Shown here in pieces: positions 49,177 to 59,590 of a stretch of DNA of 64,000 bases (position 1 is the first letter of the stretch; every line of letters starts with the position of its first letter). Source of the stretch: Nitrospiraceae bacterium (GTDB lineage: Bacteria > Nitrospirota > Nitrospiria > Nitrospirales > UBA2166); contig PBSN01000008.1 in the NCBI GenBank assembly GCA_002726235.1, forward strand, positions 66,088 through 130,087, read 5' to 3'. A program made the position numbers and the translations under genes. A model generated the notes under the pieces. The model ran no database searches. It worked only from the letters and a program-made list of their open reading frames with translations, and had not been told where the DNA came from.

Positions 49177-49865
49177 GCTCGTTGGGTTTCCACTGGCATT
49201 GCCCCTATTCCAGCTCGGCGCATCTGCCGGATAACCATGTCGTATGGTGGTGTTTTGAAAATTGCAGATCCTGCAACAAGAATTGTTGCCCCGGCTTGAA
49301 CGACATCCGCAGCGTTGTCAGATGATATGCCTCCATCAACTTCGAGTTCTATCTGAAGGGCGTTGGCATCAATGAGGTCCTTGGCCTTTCGGATTTTTGA
49401 CATGACTGATGGAATAAAGGATTGACCACCAAACCCTGGATTGACGGACATAATGAGCAGGAGGTCGAGGTCTGCTAAAATCTCCTTGAGCGATTCAATG
49501 GCTGTTTCTGGATTCAGAGAAACTCCCGCTTTTGCGCCCAAGTCTTTGATGGCTTGAACGGTGAGATGGAGATGTGGACAGGTTTCGCAATGGACGGTCA
49601 GTATGTCCGCTCCCGCGTCACGAAATGCCCCGAGATAATCGTCTGGGTTGGTCACCATCAAATGGACATCGAGTGGAAGCTTTGTGCTACGACGAATGGC
49701 TTCGACAATTGGTGGGCCGACGGTGATGTTTGGTACAAAGTGGCCATCCATCACGTCGATGTGAATCCAATCTGCTCCACCGGCTTCGACTGCCGCCACT
49801 TCGTCTGCAAGCCGTCCAAAATCGGCAGCGAGAATTGATGGTGCAATTTTTAATGATGGCATCAT
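49173..49865 (-). CDS. rpe: Ribulose-phosphate 3-epimerase
   Basis: IAPSIL, HIDVMDGHFVPN, MSVNPGFGGQ, EVDGG. Confidence 0.97.
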   Translation of the reverse strand: MMPSLKIAPSILAADFGRLADEVAAVEAGGADWIHIDVMDGHFVPNITVGPPIVEAIRRSTKLPLDVHLMVTNPDDYLGAFRDAGADILTVHCETCPHLHLTVQAIKDLGAKAGVSLNPETAIESLKEILADLDLLLIMSVNPGFGGQSFIPSVMSKIRKAKDLIDANALQIELEVDGGISSDNAADVVQAGATILVAGSAIFKTPPYDMVIRQMRRAGIGAMPVETQRA

Positions 49866-50758
49866 GCGATGTTGGAACGGCGGAGTGCCTCGATTCGTTC
49901 CTCAATACGTGGATGGGTTGATATTAGGCTCATGAATCCGCCCGTTCTTCCCGAAATCTTCATCGTCGCCAGTGCGTCTTTCGTTCCGTAGTCAATTTGG
50001 GATTGTTGGACCCAGGTTCCAATCGCTTGTAATGCCGCGATCATGGAGTCTGGGCCATAGACTCGTGCAGCAAAGGCATCTGCGGCGAACTCACGCTTTC
50101 GTGAAAACCAGCAAATCGGGATCATTGCAAGAAATGACAATACAATCTGAAGAAAAATATACGTGGCGAAATACAACATCGGGTTACGGTTTGCAATATG
50201 ACGTGCGATGAACTGACTCAAGAAGTAGACAAAGGTGTTCATCAATCCGGCCAGAATAGTTGTGGTGAGCATGTCCCCGTTTCGGATATGTCCCATCTCA
50301 TGCGCAAGAACGGCTTGAAGCTCTCGCTCGTTAAGGTTCTGCAAGAGTCCGGTTGAAACGGCAACCATTGAGTTGTTTTTGCTCGGCCCCGTCGCAAACG
50401 CGTTCGGATCGGGGGCATCATAGATCCATACCTCTGGCATTGAGATTTCCATTCCACGGGAAATTTCTCGGATGGAATCGAATATCACGGATTCTATTGG
50501 GGATCCGGGGCGCTCAATTCGTTGGCCGGACACCATGGCTCGCGCCATTTGCTTTGAAAAGGCCAAGCTAATAAATGCGCCGCCAAATCCAATGACAAAC
50601 GACCATAGCAACATGGTTTGGTTGATTGATCCTCGAAGATCAACGCCAAACATTGGAAGAAGGATCTCAACCAAGACTGTAAAGGTGATCGATAACGTAA
50701 CAAAGATCAGGATATTTGCAAGAAGTAGCAGGAACATTCCTTTCATTCGACTCATCAA
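49862..50758 (-). CDS. htpX: Membrane zinc protease HtpX (M48)
   Basis: PNAFATG, AVLAHEMGH..NGDM.T, FSRKREFAAD, STHP. Confidence 0.93.
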   Translation of the reverse strand: MMSRMKGMFLLLLANILIFVTLSITFTVLVEILLPMFGVDLRGSINQTMLLWSFVIGFGGAFISLAFSKQMARAMVSGQRIERPGSPIESVIFDSIREISRGMEISMPEVWIYDAPDPNAFATGPSKNNSMVAVSTGLLQNLNERELQAVLAHEMGHIRNGDMLTTTILAGLMNTFVYFLSQFIARHIANRNPMLYFATYIFLQIVLSFLAMIPICWFSRKREFAADAFAARVYGPDSMIAALQAIGTWVQQSQIDYGTKDALATMKISGRTGGFMSLISTHPRIEERIEALRRSNIA

Positions 50759-51732
50759 ATCGTCTCCTCTTGGGTATTTGCTGCCAAGGGCAGAGGTGTG
50801 CTTGTCAAGGTTGATCCCGAATTAACTCTATGTCCGGATAGGTAAGCATGCGCAGTCATTCTGCGTCGTGAGGCTGGTTGAAGTTCACGAATTTCGATTG
50901 TGCCATACCCTGTTGCAACGGTGATACTGTTTCGTGTCGTGTCGAGGACAGTACCTGGAGATTGTGATGACGGCGAATAATTTACTGATTTGACGTCCCA
51001 CAGTCGCCACTTTTCAGTTCCATAATAGGTGTGTGCTCCAGGCCAAGGATCCATCCCACGCACGAGATTTGCAATCCGTGATGCGTTATTGCTCCATTGG
51101 ATCATCCCATCTTGCTTTTTCAGGATTGGCGCAAGTGACGCGTGGTCTGAATTTTGTGGTTGGGGAGTGATCGTATCGGTCTCAAGTGCCTCAAGGGTTT
51201 TGAGTATTACCTCAGCACCGATGTCTGCGAGTCGATGTGCCAGTTCTCCAGCACGTTCATTTGGTCGGATGGCAATAGGACGTTTTAACAAAATTGGTCC
51301 GGTATCCATGCCGTGGTCCATGAGCATTGACGTGACTCCAGTTTCTATCTCTCCATTGCAGATTGCCCACTGGATTGGCGCTGCGCCGCGATACTTAGGA
51401 AGTAACGAGCCATGAAGGTTTACGCATCCAAATTGAGGGACATCAAGAATTTGTCGTGGCAAGATGCGGCCAAAGGCGATGACAACACATGTATCAGGTT
51501 TCCACTGGTGCAACGTCTCAAGAAGTGTCGAGTCTTTCACACTCTCGGGTTGCAGAACCTGGATATTTTCACGTAAGGCAAAGACTTTTACCGCTGACAT
51601 ACTCATCCGGTGGCCGCGTCCTTTCGGTTCGTCAGGCTGTGTGACCACTCCGAGAATATGGTGCCTAGAATGTGATAGGGCGGTCAGTGTGGGAACCGCA
51701 AATTCTGGTGTCCCGAAAAACACAATCCGCAT
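50755..51732 (-). CDS. fmt: Methionyl-tRNA formyltransferase
   Basis: FFGTPEFA, NLHGSLLPKYRGAAPIQ, MDTG. Confidence 0.97.
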   Translation of the reverse strand: MRIVFFGTPEFAVPTLTALSHSRHHILGVVTQPDEPKGRGHRMSMSAVKVFALRENIQVLQPESVKDSTLLETLHQWKPDTCVVIAFGRILPRQILDVPQFGCVNLHGSLLPKYRGAAPIQWAICNGEIETGVTSMLMDHGMDTGPILLKRPIAIRPNERAGELAHRLADIGAEVILKTLEALETDTITPQPQNSDHASLAPILKKQDGMIQWSNNASRIANLVRGMDPWPGAHTYYGTEKWRLWDVKSVNYSPSSQSPGTVLDTTRNSITVATGYGTIEIRELQPASRRRMTAHAYLSGHRVNSGSTLTSTPLPLAANTQEETI

Positions 51733-51737
51733 GGGGG

Positions 51738-52268
51738 TTAGCCCACGGCTGCGTGTTCATGTGCACGATTCTTTTCGAGTTTTTTGATACGCTTGATGTA
51801 GAGACTTCGTTTTAATGGACTGAGTCGATCCAGCATCAAGACTCCTTGCACATGATCATATTCGTGCTGCATCGCACGAGCCAATAGCCCGTTGCCTTCA
51901 AGCGTGGATGGCTTGCCATTCCGGTCGAGGCCGGCCATCGTGATGCTTGCGGCACGTTTGACATGGTCAACATATTGAGGAAGGCTTAAGCAACCTTCCT
52001 CGTCGATAACCTCGCCCTCTTGGGAGAGAATGCTTGGGTTAGCCATGACGATGATGGGGTGGTCGGGGTCTTGCACTGCACCATCGATAATGAAGAGCTG
52101 CAGTGGCAGACCAATTTGGTGGGCGGCAAGTCCAATTCCAGGCGCTGCGTACATTGTCTCGATCATGTCATCAATAAGACGCTGAAACTTGGCGTCAAAT
52201 ACTGTAACCGTTTCGCCCTTTTGTGCTAGAACCGGATTGGGATAATGCCGAATTTCTCGAATTGCCAA
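51738..52268 (-). CDS. def: Peptide deformylase
   Basis: GIGLAA.QIG, EGCLSLP, QHEYDH. Confidence 0.97.
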   Translation of the reverse strand: MAIREIRHYPNPVLAQKGETVTVFDAKFQRLIDDMIETMYAAPGIGLAAHQIGLPLQLFIIDGAVQDPDHPIIVMANPSILSQEGEVIDEEGCLSLPQYVDHVKRAASITMAGLDRNGKPSTLEGNGLLARAMQHEYDHVQGVLMLDRLSPLKRSLYIKRIKKLEKNRAHEHAAVG

Positions 52269-52767
52269 TTATCTGCCCTTATCTTCCACACCTACTTAAT
52301 GTTTGATCGTGAAACATCACTCACCGCTAGCTGTTTTGTAGCATCCTGCAGGGCGCAAAATCAAGATTCTCCCACATAATCAGGCTTCTAGCGGACTGTG
52401 GGAATTCCTAATTAGTTCGCGAGGGATCCTGTTCTTCCGAGGTATGGCGCGATCCTCAGAATGCTCTACAGGATGTTCTTGGTGCAACTCATGAACCATG
52501 CAGTGGGGATCTAGATAGTTGCCTGTCGTTGTGAGATGAAACGCAAAATTTGGTGAACTTTGCGTCCCAGCTGTTCCGTCTTCTCTCGCAAATACACATA
52601 TGCGGGTGTTGATTCGTGATCAAGTGCCGTTCCCTTTGAATTTGATTGTCGGAAATGTAGTGTCATGACGTGATGGGACTGTGGCTGTTATAATCCGACA
52701 GTTTTGTAACGACGATGTCAATGGAGGAACTGTGGAATCTTTTGGGGAACAACACCACAGATCAAAT

Positions 52768-53859
52768 ATGAAGTTTCTGAAACAGGATGGTGCCTATGGT
52801 CATGACGTGAACGCAGAAGTCGAGCGGCGCACTCTTCTGGTGAAATCAATTGGGGTGATGGTAGGCACTGCTTCTGTGTGTGTGGCTGGATCTGTTGGCA
52901 TTTTCCTTATTCTGGCAAATCTTGGAAATGGAATCAAAGGGGTCAAACTCGGATGGTTTATTCTTACCCACCCGTCAAAGTGGCTTTCAGTAAGCACAGT
53001 TGTGGGTATGCCGGTGTGGGAAGCTCTTTCGATTTCCAGTGTATTGCTTGGCGGTGTGCTGATCTACGGGATGATTCGACTTGTCCGCCGACCTCTCTCT
53101 AGTCAAATAACTCGTCTGAAAAAAATCTTGATGGGCTGTTTCCTGCTGGGTGCTGTGCCACTTCTTACGTTTTTGGCAGATACAGGCCAATGGTGGGTGA
53201 TGAAACATGCATTTGACTATGAGACAAAAATGCATGTGCTTACAGGTGTGCAGAATGACTATGAGCGATGGTTTCGCAAGACATTTTCTTCGGTCAGCGA
53301 AAAGGAAGTCCAACGCGATCTCTTGACAGGCTTCAGAAACCACTTTCGTGACAATGAGCTGGAGATATTAGACGACGATGTTGCCGCACATACGCAAAAA
53401 GTTGATTGGTGGTATGTGGAATATCCCGATTTCATTGAGGTGATTACGAAAAGTCCGCATCGAACGTTAGCTACTAGTTATCGTGCGGGATTGCTGGGCG
53501 ATCGTCAAGGACAGCTCAAAACCTCCATTGGAACGGACGGAAGGGTCGTGCTTCAATTGGTGTTGAGTATTGAAGGATCGTTGTCTGATAAGGTGAATGC
53601 ATCCCAGGTGACGACGGTCATAAGGGATACTGACCGTGATGGCATTCCGGATGAGTTTCAAACCATTCCTGCAATGGAACGAGGCTATACCGGCCCTGTG
53701 ACCTTGGAAGGCTTTATTCCATTAAAGCGGAATACAGGTTTTGATGATGTGTATAGCTTGTGGTCGCAGGGAATAGGCTATGCGGTCAATTTTTTCTTGC
53801 ATGGATATGACTCAACACTACCTCGCGGTCTTTTCCCGGGTGAGGATCAGGAAACTTAG
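52768..53859 (+). CDS. Hypothetical membrane protein (3 TM plus soluble domain; start uncertain)
   Basis: Long ORF with hydrophobic N-half and a DTDRDGIPD Dx[DN]xDG-like loop. Confidence 0.6.
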   Translation: MKFLKQDGAYGHDVNAEVERRTLLVKSIGVMVGTASVCVAGSVGIFLILANLGNGIKGVKLGWFILTHPSKWLSVSTVVGMPVWEALSISSVLLGGVLIYGMIRLVRRPLSSQITRLKKILMGCFLLGAVPLLTFLADTGQWWVMKHAFDYETKMHVLTGVQNDYERWFRKTFSSVSEKEVQRDLLTGFRNHFRDNELEILDDDVAAHTQKVDWWYVEYPDFIEVITKSPHRTLATSYRAGLLGDRQGQLKTSIGTDGRVVLQLVLSIEGSLSDKVNASQVTTVIRDTDRDGIPDEFQTIPAMERGYTGPVTLEGFIPLKRNTGFDDVYSLWSQGIGYAVNFFLHGYDSTLPRGLFPGEDQET

Positions 53860-53903
53860 TAGAGACTGGCTATAACATAACAGAGGAGGCATCTTAGAAA
53901 AAT

Positions 53904-54341
53904 ATGATTGCGAAGATGTATAGCATTATCTGTGTAAGTATTGTGGGATGGTTTTTTCTTTTTCCTCTCAGCGGAGTAGCTGAAGAGAAAGGAACAACAC
54001 AGGTCACGTCCGAAATGCACGGGGTAGAAAAAATCTGTGGTGTATGGGAGATGCACATTCATAATATGTTGAATCACCAAGAATATCAGTACATGTTGCA
54101 TGTTCCTCCGTCTCCGGATGCAGGCGTTCCTTTTACGAGTCAGCACGTCGTCCCTTCCCAATTGCTCGTCAATGGACAGACGGTATACATTCGATGGGAT
54201 TTCCCCGAGGGATTTTCTGAGGATAGCCTGTTGCTTCGGCGTGGAGGAAAGGCGATGGACGGGACATTTATGAATTTCGCTGGGGCTCGTGGGGCCGTAT
54301 CCGGAAAACTGATTCGCCCGTGTGCTACGAATGATGAATGA
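53904..54341 (+). CDS. Hypothetical exported protein
   Basis: GAGGAGG upstream, signal-peptide-like N-terminus, overlaps the next gene. Confidence 0.55.
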   Translation: MIAKMYSIICVSIVGWFFLFPLSGVAEEKGTTQVTSEMHGVEKICGVWEMHIHNMLNHQEYQYMLHVPPSPDAGVPFTSQHVVPSQLLVNGQTVYIRWDFPEGFSEDSLLLRRGGKAMDGTFMNFAGARGAVSGKLIRPCATNDE

Positions 54342-54633
54342 CCAATATGACAAAATAATTACCGCAAAAGTGCGAGAAGAATTTAAGATTTGTCTTTGGG
54401 AAGATCGGACTCGTGGGGAATTGTGGGTATCGACCTATGATTCTGATCAGCTTGCGCTTATTGATGATGCTTTTCAGCGGAAGACGGGTGGGACTATCAA
54501 TGATTCAGGAATGCGGATATTTCGGTTTCAGGCTGATCATCCAGGGAAATATGGACTGGTATTTGAGAAGAGGTTGGGCTGGAGATTTACATCCATCAAG
54601 CGGCGGGACTACATTGTCTCCGTCGAACCGTAG
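54331..54633 (+). CDS. Chagasin/I42 protease-inhibitor-like protein
   Basis: Size and pattern EEFKI.L...TRG..W ... G.RIFRF.A..PG...L.F..R.GW. Confidence 0.55.
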   Translation: MMNDQYDKIITAKVREEFKICLWEDRTRGELWVSTYDSDQLALIDDAFQRKTGGTINDSGMRIFRFQADHPGKYGLVFEKRLGWRFTSIKRRDYIVSVEP

Positions 54634-54644
54634 AATCAAACGGC

Positions 54645-55484
54645 ATGTCTGACATTGCCTACCTAAATGGTGAATTCACAAAACTTGCTGAAGCCTTTGT
54701 TTCGGTTGAGGATCGAGGGTTCCAGTTTGGTGATGGGGTCTATGAAGTCATCCGAGTGTATGACGCGACACCACACTTATTGCGAGAACATATCAATCGA
54801 CTCAAGCTCAGCGCGGCATCAATACATTTGGATGATCGTCTGTCGTATGACGAGTGGGAAAGCATCGTTCGGGAAGGTATCGATCGAAGCGGATACACTG
54901 CAGCCAAGGTCTATATTCAGTTAACGCGCGGTGTGTCGCCGCGTGATCATCGTTTTCCTGTCACGGCACCTCTCACTAGGGTTATGACGGTACGCGAAAT
55001 CGAGCCTGATGATCTACAGTTGCGGGAAACCGGGGTTCCTGCGATCACCGTCAAGGATATTCGATGGAATCGCTGTGATATTAAATCGCTGAACTTGCTT
55101 CCGAACATCCTTGCGAAGCAGCAGGCGACACAAGTTGGGGCGTTCGAGGCTTTGTTCGTCAAGGGCGAGTTGGTGTTTGAGGGCTCAAGTAGCACTGTGA
55201 TGGTGGTATCCGATGGTGTTGTACATACGCCACCGGAAGGGCCTCGCATCTTGTCCGGAATTACACGTGACTGGGTGCTGAACGTAGCCCGCGCGAGCGA
55301 AATCACAGTTGTTGAAGAACCCGTATCAGTGGAGACGATGCTTAGTGCCAAAGAGGTTCTGCTTACCGGGACGATTATTGAGATTATGCCTGTGGTTAAA
55401 GTAGACGAATATCAAATTGGCGATGGGAGACCAGGGAAAATATATCATCGCTTATATCAGAAGTTCCTCGCTTCGATTTCCTAA
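54645..55484 (+). CDS. dat: D-amino-acid aminotransferase (class IV PLP)
   Basis: EDRGFQFGDGVYEV, RCDIKSLNLLPN, ILSGITR. Confidence 0.9.
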   Translation: MSDIAYLNGEFTKLAEAFVSVEDRGFQFGDGVYEVIRVYDATPHLLREHINRLKLSAASIHLDDRLSYDEWESIVREGIDRSGYTAAKVYIQLTRGVSPRDHRFPVTAPLTRVMTVREIEPDDLQLRETGVPAITVKDIRWNRCDIKSLNLLPNILAKQQATQVGAFEALFVKGELVFEGSSSTVMVVSDGVVHTPPEGPRILSGITRDWVLNVARASEITVVEEPVSVETMLSAKEVLLTGTIIEIMPVVKVDEYQIGDGRPGKIYHRLYQKFLASIS

Positions 55485-55634
55485 TTGCTCCAAACGTCCA
55501 GGTTGAATCGCTATAGGTGGTCTTTTCCGTTGTTTGTGGCATCTGCTCTGACACTGTGCTCAGGATGACAGTGCCTCTGTTTTTGCAGTGCTGTTGAGTC
55601 AGTTAGTGCAGTGTGGTTTTGTCACTGATCTACT

Positions 55635-56627
55635 CTACAAGTGGCACCATACTTGGTGTCGCATTTTCCCTTCACCAATTTGAACCAGCGGAGGGTTCGT
55701 CGTTTTACAGTGGTCCATTACTTGGGGACAGCGGGTGTGGAAACGGCATCCCGTTGGAGGATTGAGTGGGGATGGTACGTCCCCTTGGAGAGGAATACGC
55801 TTTGTCTGTATTGTTGGGTCGGGGATGGGATTTGCTGAGATCAAGGCTTGGGTATAGGGGTGTTTGGGTTCGCGAAACAGTGCATCAACAGAAGCCACTT
55901 CTGCGAGTTTTCCGAGGTACATGACCGCAACTCGATTCGCAATGTGTTGCACCACATGAAGATCGTGGGAGATGAATAGGTAAGACAGGTTGTGTTCTTC
56001 CTTAAGATCTTGAAGCAGGTTCAAGATCTGGGCTTGGATTGACACATCCAGAGCTGATACGGCTTCATCGCATACAATAAACTTAGGTTTCAAGGCGAGG
56101 GCTCGCGCGATTCCGATCCGTTGTCGTTGTCCTCCTGAAAATTCATGAGGGTAGCGGGATTGATAGGTTGGAGAAAGACCAACGTTCTCGAGTAATGCGG
56201 CGACTTTTTGTGTTGTTGCCAGGCCATTGGTGAGTCCATGAATGTTCATGGCTTCGCCAATAATTGACCCGACGGTCATGCGAGGGTTCAGCGAGCTATA
56301 TGGGTCTTGAAAGATGACCTGCATGTGTGGGCGCGTGTGCCGAAGTTGTGCCGCATTCATCGCTGTGATGTTTTTGCCATCAAAGACGACAGTTCCGGAT
56401 GTTGGCTCCATGAGGCGAAGGAGGGTTCTCCCTGCGGTAGTCTTTCCACATCCTGATTCGCCAACCAGTCCGAGTGTCTCGCCCGCATAAATCTCAAATG
56501 ATATATCGTCAACAGCTTTGACCCATCCAGCAATTTTTGAAAACACGCCATGGCGAACGGGAAAGTGTTTTTTGAGATTGCGTACGTCGAGAAGTACGGT
56601 CTTGGATAATGGGGCTTGAGTTATCAC
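55635..56627 (-). CDS. oppF: Oligo/dipeptide ABC transporter ATPase
   Basis: GESGCGKT, YPHEFSGGQRQRIG, GCRFHTRCP. Confidence 0.9.
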   Translation of the reverse strand: MITQAPLSKTVLLDVRNLKKHFPVRHGVFSKIAGWVKAVDDISFEIYAGETLGLVGESGCGKTTAGRTLLRLMEPTSGTVVFDGKNITAMNAAQLRHTRPHMQVIFQDPYSSLNPRMTVGSIIGEAMNIHGLTNGLATTQKVAALLENVGLSPTYQSRYPHEFSGGQRQRIGIARALALKPKFIVCDEAVSALDVSIQAQILNLLQDLKEEHNLSYLFISHDLHVVQHIANRVAVMYLGKLAEVASVDALFREPKHPYTQALISANPIPDPTIQTKRIPLQGDVPSPLNPPTGCRFHTRCPQVMDHCKTTNPPLVQIGEGKMRHQVWCHL

Positions 56628-56655
56628 GGCGTAGGTTTAGCTCAACGGTTCGATA

Positions 56656-57645
56656 TCATCCGGCTTCTGACTTCTCGCACAGCCAGCAGGCTGTCTCATG
56701 CGCAGGCTCGGTTTGAATTAACGATGGGTTCTGATCCATACAGTGGTCGAGTCGATCTTTGCAACGAGGCGCAAAGTGGCAGCCTTGAGGGTAGAGCAAT
56801 GGGGAGGGAACCATGCCGTCAATTGATGCGAGACGGGTAGACGGGTGGTCTGGTCGAGGGAGTGCATTGAGTAGGGCTTTCGTATAAGGATGCTGAGGGT
56901 TCTTGAAGAGCGTCATCACGTCAGTTTGTTCTACGATTTTACTTGCGTACATGACCACCACGTTACGTGCAAATTGTGCAACGATGCCAAGATTATGCGT
57001 GATCAAGAGGATGGCCATTCCCATTTCAGACTGCAAGGTTCTTACTAGGTCGAGAATTTGAGCTTGGATGGTCACATCGAGGGCTGTGGTTGGCTCATCC
57101 GCGATAAGAAGGTCGGGGCTGCAGGCGAGGGCCATGGCGATCATGACTCGCTGCTTCATTCCACCTGAAAGCTCATGGGGATATTGGTCGATTCGTCTCT
57201 TGGATGAGGGAATTTCTACTCGGTCCAATAATCGTAAGGATTCGGTTCTTGACTGTTCTTTGGTAAAACCCTTGTGTGTGAACAATGCTTCTCCAATTTG
57301 TTCGCCGATTCTGAATACCGGATTGAGTGATGTCATGGGTTCCTGGAAGATCATTCCGATCTTGTTTCCACGAATATTTCGGAGCTCGTGGTCGGTAGTT
57401 TTCGTCAGGTCTTGGCCATTGAAGATGATTTGGCCGTTGACAACTTTTCCTGGATAATCAAGCAATTGCATAATCGAGAGCGCCGTCACCGATTTTCCAC
57501 ATCCGGACTCTCCAACTAGGGCAAGGGTTTCTCCAGGCAGGATCTGAAAACTCACATCTTGCACAGCGCCGACTTCACCTTTCTCGGTAAAAAATGACGT
57601 GGAGAGATTTCTCACATCAAGTAATGGAGTGTTTGGCTTGCTCAC
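56656..57645 (-). CDS. oppD: Oligo/dipeptide ABC transporter ATPase
   Basis: GESGCGKS, FQEPMTSLNP, LSGGMKQR, DEPTTALDVT. Confidence 0.9.
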   Translation of the reverse strand: MSKPNTPLLDVRNLSTSFFTEKGEVGAVQDVSFQILPGETLALVGESGCGKSVTALSIMQLLDYPGKVVNGQIIFNGQDLTKTTDHELRNIRGNKIGMIFQEPMTSLNPVFRIGEQIGEALFTHKGFTKEQSRTESLRLLDRVEIPSSKRRIDQYPHELSGGMKQRVMIAMALACSPDLLIADEPTTALDVTIQAQILDLVRTLQSEMGMAILLITHNLGIVAQFARNVVVMYASKIVEQTDVMTLFKNPQHPYTKALLNALPRPDHPSTRLASIDGMVPSPLLYPQGCHFAPRCKDRLDHCMDQNPSLIQTEPAHETACWLCEKSEAG

Positions 57646-58629
57646 TTATCTTCTTCTCAGTTTTGGGTTTAGCGCTTCTCGTAAGCCTTCTCCAAAAAGA
57701 TTGAACGCGAGGACGACGATGAGAATGGCAAATCCGGGGATGAAAAATAGCCATGGGGCATCAAAAATAAATCCCTTTCCGTCGGAAAGGATATTCCCCC
57801 ATGTTGCAAATGGCGGTTGTACTCCAAATCCCAAAAAACTCAGGCCTGATTCGGTCAGAATAGCCGATGCGACACCAATGGTGGCTGAGACAAGGACTGG
57901 AGCCATCGCGTTGGGTATCATGTGGCGGAAAATAATTCGGTGTTCTGGCAATCCCAACGCCTTTGCCGCAACGACAAAATCCTGTTCTCTCAATGACAAG
58001 AATTCTGCGCGAACGAATCGCGCGGTACCCATCCAACTGGTCACTCCGATCACGATCATGATGTTGTAGATACTTGGTGGGAGGAGTGCAACGACCGTAA
58101 GGATCAAGAAGAATGTTGGAAAGCAGAGCATGACATCAGTAAAACGCATGATCAGAGTATCGACGGTGATGAAACCAAGTTTGACGTTGCCGTAGTACCC
58201 AGACAGACCCCCAAGCAAGATTCCAATTGCCACTGATATTCCAACTGCGATAAATCCTATTGAAAGAGAGACAAATGACCCTTGAAGCATGCGAGCGAAG
58301 ACATCACGCCCCAGCTCATCGGTTCCGCATAGGTAGACTCCAAATACCGGACGGTCTTCACTAGGAATGAGATTGGTAGACGATTCCGACATAGGAGGAA
58401 GGAACTTGTCTGGAAGGCGTACGGTTGAAGGATCGAAGATCACGACCCATTCGGTGGTGAACTTGGCTACGATTGCCAGCATCAATAGTAGACCCAACAC
58501 GATCATGCCAAAGATCGCGAGACGATCTTTCTTCAGTATTCGCCAAAATTCCTGCAGTTGGGTTTCAGGCGGAGGGAGTTGGGCTATTTCCTGCTGGGTG
58601 CTCATCGCTGATTCGTTTGTTGCCATCAC
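57646..58629 (-). CDS. oppC: Oligo/dipeptide ABC transporter permease
   Basis: GTDELGRDVFAR, EAA loop, ESGLSFLGFG. Confidence 0.9.
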   Translation of the reverse strand: MMATNESAMSTQQEIAQLPPPETQLQEFWRILKKDRLAIFGMIVLGLLLMLAIVAKFTTEWVVIFDPSTVRLPDKFLPPMSESSTNLIPSEDRPVFGVYLCGTDELGRDVFARMLQGSFVSLSIGFIAVGISVAIGILLGGLSGYYGNVKLGFITVDTLIMRFTDVMLCFPTFFLILTVVALLPPSIYNIMIVIGVTSWMGTARFVRAEFLSLREQDFVVAAKALGLPEHRIIFRHMIPNAMAPVLVSATIGVASAILTESGLSFLGFGVQPPFATWGNILSDGKGFIFDAPWLFFIPGFAILIVVLAFNLFGEGLREALNPKLRRR

Positions 58630-59588
58630 TGTAACCGTATTCGAGGATCCACCACTGCATACAACAGGTCGGAAACCAATGTTCCTACAAGCGTGAGCAC
58701 GGCAGCGATAAAGTTGATGGTGAGAATCACGGGGAAATCGCGTGCAAGAATGGCTTCATATCCAAGCCGTCCGAGTCCTGGCCAGGCAAAAATCTGTTCG
58801 AAAATAACCGAGCCCCCGATAAGAGCCGGAAGTAGGAATCCAAACATGGTGACGAACGGAAGCAATGCGTTCTGAAGTGCATGGCGGTAGATGACGTTAT
58901 CTTCTGAGAGCCCTTTGGCGCGTGCAGTTCGAACATAGTCCTGCCCCACCACCTCCAACATTTGTGAACGGACATAGCGTGAAAGAACCGCGATGCCACC
59001 GATGGCGGACATGAGAGATGGGATCACTAAGTGCCAGAGGCGGTCCATTGATCTGAATACCATGTCAGCATCTTCCATGCCAAACGTTTTCATCCCAATG
59101 ACGGGTACATTAAAGGTGTTGACCACCCACAAGATCATGATGTACGACAGGAAAAAACCGGGGATTGAGATCAGTGCATAGGCAGTGAAGGTTGTTGTCC
59201 GGTCGTACGTTGAGCCTCTTCGAATCGCCGCATGAATGCCTGTAGGAAACGAGAGACTCCATATGATAAGGGTTGCACAGATCAGTAAGGGGAGTGAATT
59301 GAGAAAACGCTGCCAGATTTTTGGAAGGACAGGCTGGTTATCTTTGAAGGACTTCAATTCTCCAGTGAAGAGATCCCGCATCCAATACACATACTGAACG
59401 TGCAGTGGGTCATCGAGATGAAAGGCAGCCCGGATATTTTCTATGTCGGATGGCTTCATTCTTGGGTTTGACGGATCAACCTGACTTGGCTCGCCAGGAG
59501 CAAGGTGTATGACCGAATGTGCCACGATGGAAACAATGATCAACGTGACGATGCGTTGGAGGATGTTTCGAGCGATGTAGGTCCACAT
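58626..59588 (-). CDS. oppB: Oligo/dipeptide ABC transporter permease
   Basis: QDYVRTARAKGL, FAWPGLG, DLLYAVVDPRIR; start at ATG 59588. Confidence 0.9.
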   Translation of the reverse strand: MWTYIARNILQRIVTLIIVSIVAHSVIHLAPGEPSQVDPSNPRMKPSDIENIRAAFHLDDPLHVQYVYWMRDLFTGELKSFKDNQPVLPKIWQRFLNSLPLLICATLIIWSLSFPTGIHAAIRRGSTYDRTTTFTAYALISIPGFFLSYIMILWVVNTFNVPVIGMKTFGMEDADMVFRSMDRLWHLVIPSLMSAIGGIAVLSRYVRSQMLEVVGQDYVRTARAKGLSEDNVIYRHALQNALLPFVTMFGFLLPALIGGSVIFEQIFAWPGLGRLGYEAILARDFPVILTINFIAAVLTLVGTLVSDLLYAVVDPRIRLQ

Positions 59589-59590
59589 AA

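Noticed and set aside
55545..55630. Repeated CAGTG/CACTG words as a mini-array
   Set aside because: Irregular spacing and short units; more simply weak hairpins between convergent genes
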